From Eledone cirrhosa (Eukaryota): a stretch of DNA of 64,000 nucleotides. This document shows positions 55,400 to 64,000 of the stretch, one piece after another. Position numbers and translations under genes: made by a program. The stretch lies in NCBI GenBank assembly GCA_964016885.1, contig OZ024760.1:7750001-7814000 (forward strand), in the 5' to 3' direction. Each line of letters opens with the position of its first letter. Position 1 is the first letter of the stretch. Below the pieces are notes generated by a model, which did not search any database, was not told the origin of the DNA, and was given only the letters and a program-made list of their open reading frames with translations.

Positions 55400-56968
55400 T
55401 AGAAGAGTTTAGCGTAAAAGTTGGTGTCCATCAGGGCTCTGTACTTAGCCCCCTACTATTTATTATTGCCCTTCAGGCTATAACAGAGGAGTTCAAGACC
55501 GGCTGCCCATGGGAACTCCTATACGCAGATGATCTAACGCTCATAGCTGAATCAATGACCGAACTAGAGAAGAAATTCCAAACGTGGAAGCACGGCCTAG
55601 AATCAAAAGGCCTTAAAATTAACCTGGCTAAGACTAAAGTTCTAGTTTGTAGGAAAGAAAATAAGGCGGCGGTCCCATCGGGGAAATGGCCATGCTCAGT
55701 GTGTAGGAAAGGCGTAGGTAGAAACTCCATTTTATGTCCCAAATGCAAAGTATGGGTGCATAAAAGATGTAGTGGGATCACAGGTAAGCTAACTAAGAAC
55801 ATAGATTTTACATGTGGCCGGTGCTCTGGTGCAATAAGTAGCAGCAAGTGCCCACAAAATACTAGCTCCTTCAACTGCGCAGAGGGTTCTATAGAAATAG
55901 TGGACAGCTTCCGTTATCTGGGTGACAAAATCAGCAGTGGGGGAGGGTGCTCTGAAAGTACAGTAGCTAGAGTCAGAACTGGATGGAAAAAGTTCAGAGA
56001 GCTTATACCACTATTAGCCGCTAGAGGGTTCTCCCTAAAAATGAAAGGCAGGTTATACGATGCCTGCATACGAACAGCAATGCTGCATGGCAGTGAGACC
56101 TGGGCATTGTGTGCAGAGGATATACGCAGACTAGAGAGGAACGAAGCTTGCATGCTCCGCTGGATGTGCAATAGTAATATACGTGAACGGCAAAGCATAA
56201 ACGAACTAAGGAAAAAATTAGAAATAAGAGGGATCAGATGTTGTTTACTCGAGAGAAGGCTACGTTGGTACGGTCACGTGATGCGCATGAAAGACGACAG
56301 CTGTATAACAAAGTGCAGGGCAATAAAGATAGACGGTAGCCACGGAGTAGGCAGACCCAGAAAAACATGGGACGAGCTGATAAATTCCGACCTCACACGC
56401 TTACACCTCTCCAAGACAATGTCACTGGACCGAGACCTTTGGCGGTACTCAGTAATAGAGAAGACCCGCCTTACCTAAATACAAAGTAAAAACCTACTAC
56501 AGTCAGTAGGCACCTCTATCAAAACACACCCCCGTCCCTCCACACCGCCCCTTTCAATGTAAAGTTATGTTGGTCCCACAACATCCAGGCCGAAACAAAT
56601 GAGATCGTGTAGGTGTCACGACAAAAAACACACAGTCCACGCTGTAAATGTGGCCGTGTAGGCAACACGGTAAAAACCTCCCAGCCCCACACTGTAAATG
56701 TGGTTGGTGTTAGGAAGGGCATCCAGCTGTAGAAAACCCGCCAGACAGTCCACGCTGTAATGTGGCCGTGTAGGCAACACGGTAAAAACCTCCCAGCCCC
56801 ACACTGTAAATGTGGTTGGTGTTAGGAAGGGCATCCAACTGTAGAAAACCCGCCAGACAGTCCTATGCGAGCAAGACAACCACTCTTGCCTCAAGTGGGA
56901 AAACCCCCGTCCAAACCCATGCAAGCGTGGAACACGGACGCTAAACCTGATGATGATGATGATGATGA
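55400..56968 (+). mobile_element. 5'-truncated RTE-clade LINE: uninterrupted RT-to-C-terminal ORF (stop 56478), 3'UTR and (GAT)n tail
   Basis: GVHQGSVLSPLLF...LLYADDL, Cys/His insert CSVC...CPKC..WVH..C...CGRC, FRYLG, RLRWYGHVMRM. Confidence 0.95.
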
Positions 56969-58210
56969 ATATCACATCTATGAGATTTTGATATTGTTTA
57001 TTTTGAGAGCAATACCTTAACGTTGGCATGAGTGGCCAGTTTGAACAGAAAGGGGTGAGGGAATTCTGGCTGGTTTAAATGCTAAATGGTTTAGGCAATG
57101 AATTAACAGAGTTGTTAGAACATCAGATATAATGCCTTATGGTATTTGTTCTGGCTCTTTGTGTGCTCTCTGAGTCTAAATATCGCCAAGGTCAATTTTG
57201 CCTTTCATATCCTGAGGGAGTCGTAGGGGCATCGTATTGATATTCGGCATTTCTAGGGAATTTTTAAAAAGCTGATGGCGCTCTTCTCTTCACCGGATCT
57301 AAATACAGCAGATTTTTTCCAAAGAAGGAAAGAGAGAGTAAGAGAATGGAAGTGAGAAAGGGATATAGAAGAAGAATTGACACCAGTACTTGACTGGTAC
57401 TTTTTTTTATCAACCTCGAAAGGATGAAGGGCAAAGTTGACCTTGGTGGGATTTGAACTCAGCGAGCCGAAAGGAATACTGCAAAGCATTCTATCTGACA
57501 TTCTAACAACTGCCAATTTGCTGTTTATTTCATCTTTTTAAGGTTGATAAGAAAAGAATGAACCAGTCCAGAACTGGGGTCCATATATAATAATAATAAT
57601 AATGAAATTATTGTGTAAAGTGCTCAGGTGCACCACAACTCGTCAATATAGTACATAGAATAATACACAAATGTCAGGGAAGTACATGTGTGTATGTGTT
57701 CTATATCTCTTTCATATCCCCTTTCTCTCTCTCTAAGAAATCTACTGAGTTCTAACCTGCAGAGAGTGTGGGCTCCTCCAGGTTTAAAATGCTCATTACA
57801 TTAATCTATACTAGCAGAAAAACGACCCTTGTTATGTTTCAAATACCATCTTAATGATTGATATAATTTTAGTAAATCCCTTCAAATTCTTCACTAATTT
57901 ATTTAAATATAATATATTTTATCAGAAATATGGTAATGAAAGTGTTTCAGCATAATTTTTTCCACAAACTCTTTGTTAATTTGTAGTCCACTAACTTACT
58001 TAATAATGACAAAGTTAGTTATTTTTACTAAATACCACCAAATTTTCTATTATTTCTAAAATTAATTAAAACCAATAGACAGTGTATTTCATTAGAAATA
58101 TGGCAATGAAAGAGGTAAAATTCCAGAGCTATTGTGTTATCAAAGTCAGGTGTGTTTAATAGGTTTATAGAATTACCTGTATGAAATAGGTGTTGTTAAT
58201 TATTTAATAA

Positions 58211-58312
<102 letters not shown>

Positions 58313-58707
58313 TAAAAATCTTTTGGCAGCTGACTGTCTGGGACCACACTTGGTTCTATAATACAAGACTGTTTATTTTAAAACAGTGGTTCTCCCCCCC
58401 TCCTCATGGCAATGTAATACCCTCAACGCCCCCAACCCTATTTCCAGAGAGACCTGCCTACATGCAAATAATTGTTTCTACTTTTTGGCACAAGGCCAGC
58501 AATTATCCCAGTGTATTACTGGTACTTTATTTTATCGACCCCGTAAGGATGAAAGGCAAAGTTAACCTCGGCGGATGTGTGTGTGTGTGTGTGTGTGTGT
58601 GTATTTAAATAATCATTGAGGGTAGTGGATCAGCTAACAAACACTGTAATGAAGTTATTTGGAAAATAATAAAATGAATAGATGCATATATAACTCCATT
58701 CGAGCCT

Positions 58708-58751
<44 letters not shown>

Positions 58752-59786
58752 ACATAATATCGTTAATTTATATATAATAAATAATATAATATATATTATG
58801 TATAAATAAATATTATATATTTATTATATATTAAATATTTATATATAGTATGTATCATTTGATATTTAATATACAATTAGATCATCTCTACCACCCCCTT
58901 AGGCCGCCCCAGTGCCCCCTGGACTTTCTCAATGCCCCCGCTCAGCCCCTCCGGGGGGGGGGGGGCACTTTGAGAACCTTTGTTTTTAAATGTTTATATT
59001 TATCTAAAACCTTCCATCATGATTTTATGTAAAAATCTTTTGTTAAGTTATGTTCCAAATGCCAGTTTAATAATGATAAAGTTAGTTATATCACTAAATC
59101 CTTCCAAATTCTTTATTATTTTCTAAATTATTTGAAAATCATAGGCAGTGTCTTTCAATAGAAATATGGTAAATTCCAAAGTTTCTCACTACTTCTTAAG
59201 TCAAACAGATGTTTACACTTCTAGCTAAAGTCTTAACGTGTTGTAAAAGATGGCAATGACAGGAATAAACTCTCCCATTTCTATCTAACATGTGAAACCT
59301 GGTGGAATAAAATACCTTAATTGAAAACAAGCAAGGTAGTTTAACATCAAGAAGGGTACCCAGCCAAAGAATACTGCTTCTAATCATTGAGCAAGACACT
59401 TTATTTCATGTTGCTCCAGTTCACTTAACCCTTTAGCATTTAAACCAGCCATATCTGGCCAGAATTCTCTCACCTCTTTCTGTTCAAACCAGCTGTAACA
59501 GGCCACTCATATTGATGTTAAGGTATTGTTCTCAAAATAAATAATATCAAAATCTCATAGATTCAATATTATGGGAGGTAAAGTGTTTACCATGAAAATA
59601 AAATAGTATATATAGGGTAATGTAAATGTTAAAGGCTCAACTGGCAAGTATGTAGTCTATAAAATTGTTAGAAGCTGGTCTGTGATAAGACTTGCAACCA
59701 AGGAAATGGGAGATCTCTCATTGCCCAATACACCATTGGGGGAAGGAAGGGGAACTAATGAAGAAATGATGATGATGATTGAGTAA

Positions 59787-59906
<120 letters not shown>

Positions 59907-60005
59907 TAAATATATATATATATATACTATATAATATTTTGAGATTAAACTCTCAGTCGTTTACAATAAATCAGCTCCAAGAAAGAGGCATTTCCGAGCA
60001 GTTAA

Positions 60006-60203
60006 ATACATTAATATATATGATAAACACAAAACGTGTTTGCATTGCAACAGACAAAGTTAGCTATCAATGAAATAAACTAATTAAAGTGAATACAATT
60101 CATTCACTTTAATACAATGTATTCACTTTAATTAGTTTATTTCATTGATAGCTAACTTTGTCTGTTGCAATGCAAACACGTTTTGTGTTTATCATATATA
60201 TTA

Positions 60204-60210
<7 letters not shown>
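60006..60210. repeat. Palindrome, about 92-bp arms and about 20-nt loop, in TMEM50 intron 4
   Basis: ATACATTAATATATATGATAAACAC...GAATACA mirrored by TGTATTC...GTGTTTATCATATATATTAATGTAT. Confidence 0.9.
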
Positions 60211-60246
<36 letters not shown>

Positions 60247-61098
60247 CCAAAATCAACCCTGGGGGAACAATACACAGTCCTCTGTCCTGATTCTCTCCCA
60301 AAGGGTCAGCCCGTCCTACCCATGCTAGCGTGGAAAATGGACATTAAATGACGACGATGATGATGATATGTATATCTAAGTAAACGAGGTATCGTATAAG
60401 GTAATCCAAATAGAGGTTATGAGTAAACTGTACTGTGGATGATTCTAATGGTCGGCGTTGTTTGACACGACAAGATGTTTACCTAGTTGTGGTGTTCGGG
60501 TGACCGGTTCCACATAATTCCTAGGTAAGCAATTCCTGGAGTATTAATAATGAAGGAGTGAAGAATAACACGTATAAGCTATACAGTAGGGTTTATTCCA
60601 AGTATTAACAAATGTTTCATTGGCCCGGTGTGTCTAAAAACCGCTATCTGCAGTGCTGCTTTGACAATCGATTTTAAATACAGCTACCACCAGCCAAATT
60701 ATCAAAATACAAGTGCTCCTCTTTCAGCAGGCCCTGTCAGAAGCAACTGTCTCCAATTTAAACCAGCTGGATCCCCAAGCGAGACGAGCTGAGCTCATGA
60801 ATGTTCTATTACATCTTCTTTGCCCACTTATTCTTGGGAGGGTCATGTGTGGTAGAATCCTCAAGTGCTCTTCTTCTCAGTCGGTCCTGTCAAAAGCTAC
60901 TATCTCCAAATGAGACAAGCCAAGCTCATGGATGTTATCCAACCATCTTGCTTGGGGTTAATCTATCCCCGGGTCTCCTGCTGGTTGGTTTTGCCTATAA
61001 AATCTGTCCAGCGATCCTTTCCACAGACATTCTGACCACTTGTTAGCAACTAATCAAGCAATTATGTCTTCACTTATTTCCATTCATTTCCTTTACAG

Positions 61099-61159
61099 AC
61101 CAAGATGATGATTGGCCAGGAACTGCCATTTTCTTGCAGAATGCCTTTATTTTCTTCAG
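61099..61159 (+). CDS. TMEM50: TMEM50 exon 5 (NQDDDWPGTAIFLQNAFIFFS); final exon lies beyond the window
   Basis: tttacag| and |gtaatt, 61 nt; family motif PG.A.F.QNA.IF. Confidence 0.95.
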
Positions 61160-61161
61160 GT

Positions 61162-61164
<3 letters not shown>

Positions 61165-61245
<81 letters not shown>

Positions 61246-61402
61246 CTATATATATATATATATCTATATATATATATATCTATATATATATATATCTATA
61301 TATATATATATCTATATATATCTATATCTATATATATATATATCTATATATATATATATCTATATATATATATATATATCTATATATATATATATATATA
61401 TC

Positions 61403-61459
<57 letters not shown>

Positions 61460-61756
61460 ATATATATCTATATATATCTATATATATATATATATATATC
61501 TATATATATATATATATATATCTATATATATATATATCTATATATATATATATATATATATCTATATATATATATATCTATATCTATATATATCTATATA
61601 TATATATATCTATATCTATATATATCTATATCTATATATATCTATATCTATCTATATCTATATCTATATATATCTATATATATCTATATATATCTATATC
61701 TATATATATCTATATCTATATATATCTATATCTATATATATCTATATCTATATATA

Positions 61757-61807
<51 letters not shown>

Positions 61808-62247
61808 ATATATATCTATATATATATCTATATATATATATATATCTATATATATATATCTATATCTATATATATATATATATATCTATATATATATATA
61901 TATAACTATATATATATATATATATCTATATATATATATATATATCTATATATATATATATCTATATATATATATATATATCTATATATATATATATATA
62001 TCTATATATATATATATATATCTATATATATATATCTATATATATATATATATCTATATCTATATATATATATCTATATCTATATATATATATCTATATC
62101 TATATATATATATCTATATCTATATATATATATCTATATCTATATATATATATCTATATCTATATATATATATATATCTATATATATATATCTATATATA
62201 TATATATATATCTATATATATATATATATCTCTATATATATATATAT
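61165..62247. repeat. (CT)n then (TA)n/(TATC)n microsatellite; similar blocks at 63270-63570 and 63755-64000
   Basis: Directly visible. Confidence 0.95.
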
Positions 62248-63240
62248 CATCATCATCATCATCATCACCGTTTTACGTCCGTTCTTCCACGCTAGCATGG
62301 GTTAGACGGGTTGTCCTGTTGTGGGCAGTGTCTGGTCGGCTGACCATGCCTTGCTCATACAGGAACTGATCTGGCTTGATTTCTACAGCTGGATGCCCTT
62401 CCTAACACCAACCTCATTTACAGTGAGTGCTGGGTGCTTTTTCGTGGCGCCTACACGTCCACTTTACAGTGTGGGCTGGGTGCTTTTTTGCCGTGGCACC
62501 TCCACGACCACCTTGCGGTGGGGGGGGGGGGGGGGGGCATATTGTTTATATGCTTCAGCATGTACCCATGGGAGGTCGGGTACCCTGTATTACTGCGTGA
62601 CGCCAGAAGTCACGGTCGTGTGTCATTGACTTTGAGAGGTGTAGTTGGGTAAGGTCGGCTTTTATCACCTCATCCCAAGTCATCTTGGGTCTCCCCACTC
62701 CGCGGTTTCCATCAACTTCTAGTGCTCTGCACCTTTTTATGCAGCTGTCATCCTTCATACGCATCACATGTCCATACCAGCGTAACCGCCTCTCCTGCAC
62801 GCAGCATTTGATTCCTCTTATGCTCAGTCTCTCTCTCAATTCATTTATGCTTTGTCGTTCACGTATATTACTGTTACACATCCATCGGAGCATGCAGGCT
62901 TCGTTTCTCTCTAATCTACGTAAGTCTTCCACCTTCAGCGCCCAGGTCTCACTACCATGCAACATCGCTGTTCGGATACACGCATCATACAGTCTGCCTT
63001 TCATTCTGAGGGAGAAGCCTTTTGCAGCTAGCAGTGGTAGTAGTTCCCTAAACTTCTTCCATCCCGTTCTTACCCTAGTTATTGTACTTTCTGAGCACCC
63101 ACCTCCGTTGCTAATTCGGTCACCTAGGTAGCAGAAGCTGTCTACTGTTTCTACAGGGCCCTCCCAGAGATTGGTGGTACTTGTTTCCTGTGGCTGTTTG
63201 CTTGCTGTTTCAGCACAGCTGCTGCATGTGAATCCTACAT
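62248..63240 (-). mobile_element. 5'-truncated RTE LINE with 3'UTR and (GAT)n tail
   Basis: The ORF is close to 55555-56478 and continues through the repeat-unit 3'UTR into the tail. Confidence 0.93.
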
Positions 63241-64000
63241 TCTTAATTATGTGAATCCTACATTCTTAATTAATATATATCTCTATATATATATATATAT
63301 CTCTATATATATATATATATATCTCTATATATATATATATCTCTATATATATATATATATCTATATATATATATATCTATATATATATATATCTCTATAT
63401 ATATATATATCTCTATATATATATATATCTCTATATATATATATATCTCTATATATATATATATCTCTATATATATATATATCTCTATATATATATATAT
63501 CTCTATATATATATATATATCTATATATATATATATCTATATATATATATATCTATATATATATATATATCATGTAGATAAATCTACCAAGAGTTTACGG
63601 TAGTGTCCAATCCGTATGAAGAACTCAATGTATTCCGGATATCATGGAAAGAAGAGATCTAACACATATATATCCTAGAAACGATCGTTAAATAATGAAC
63701 TTTTTTTGTTTAATATAAGGAACTGTTTCATTGTTTTATTCATTATTTGTTTAATATTTTATATATATATATCTATATATATATATATCTATATATATAT
63801 ATATCTCTATATATATCTATATATATATATATCTATATATATATATATCTATATATATATATATATCTATATATATATATATATCTATATATATATATAT
63901 ATCTATATATATATATATCTATATATATATATATCTATATATATATATATATCTATATATATATATATCTATATATATATATATCTATATATATATATAT

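Noticed and set aside
55555-56478. PHD-like zinc-finger host gene
   Set aside because: The Cys/His block is in frame between RT motifs (YADD upstream, YLG downstream) of an RTE LINE with other copies in the window.

Overview
Eukaryotic, very AT-rich, microsatellite- and transposon-dense genomic DNA. The SINE/LINE repertoire and (TA)n load suggest an octopod cephalopod; this is inference, not a database result. Four spliced genes can be reconstructed by hand. (1) A + strand BTB/POZ, polyQ protein (exons 2356-2483, 3091-3367, 7391-8593; about 535 aa), whose first visible exon is preceded by about 70-75 tandem copies of a complete 3' splice site. (2) A - strand secreted 92-aa precursor with a signal peptide, Pro-rich spacer and 8-Cys knottin-like domain (TATA about 19935, UTR exon, coding exons 18074-17949 and 12800-12648); the ORF track captures only its last exon. 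(3) A - strand divergent LAP1/LULL1 (TOR1AIP)-like membrane protein whose arginine-finger position appears to be Lys. (4) + strand TMEM50 (5 exons; last exon beyond the window). The rest is repeats: RTE, R4-like, CRE-like and Tx1-like LINE fragments, tRNA-derived SINEs, piggyBac/hAT/mariner-type MITEs, a non-autonomous Helitron, LINE-3'UTR-derived minisatellites, long perfect palindromes and several families of hammerhead-ribozyme-like repeats. Repeat coordinates are approximate, read by eye; exon coordinates were checked for GT/AG and reading phase.
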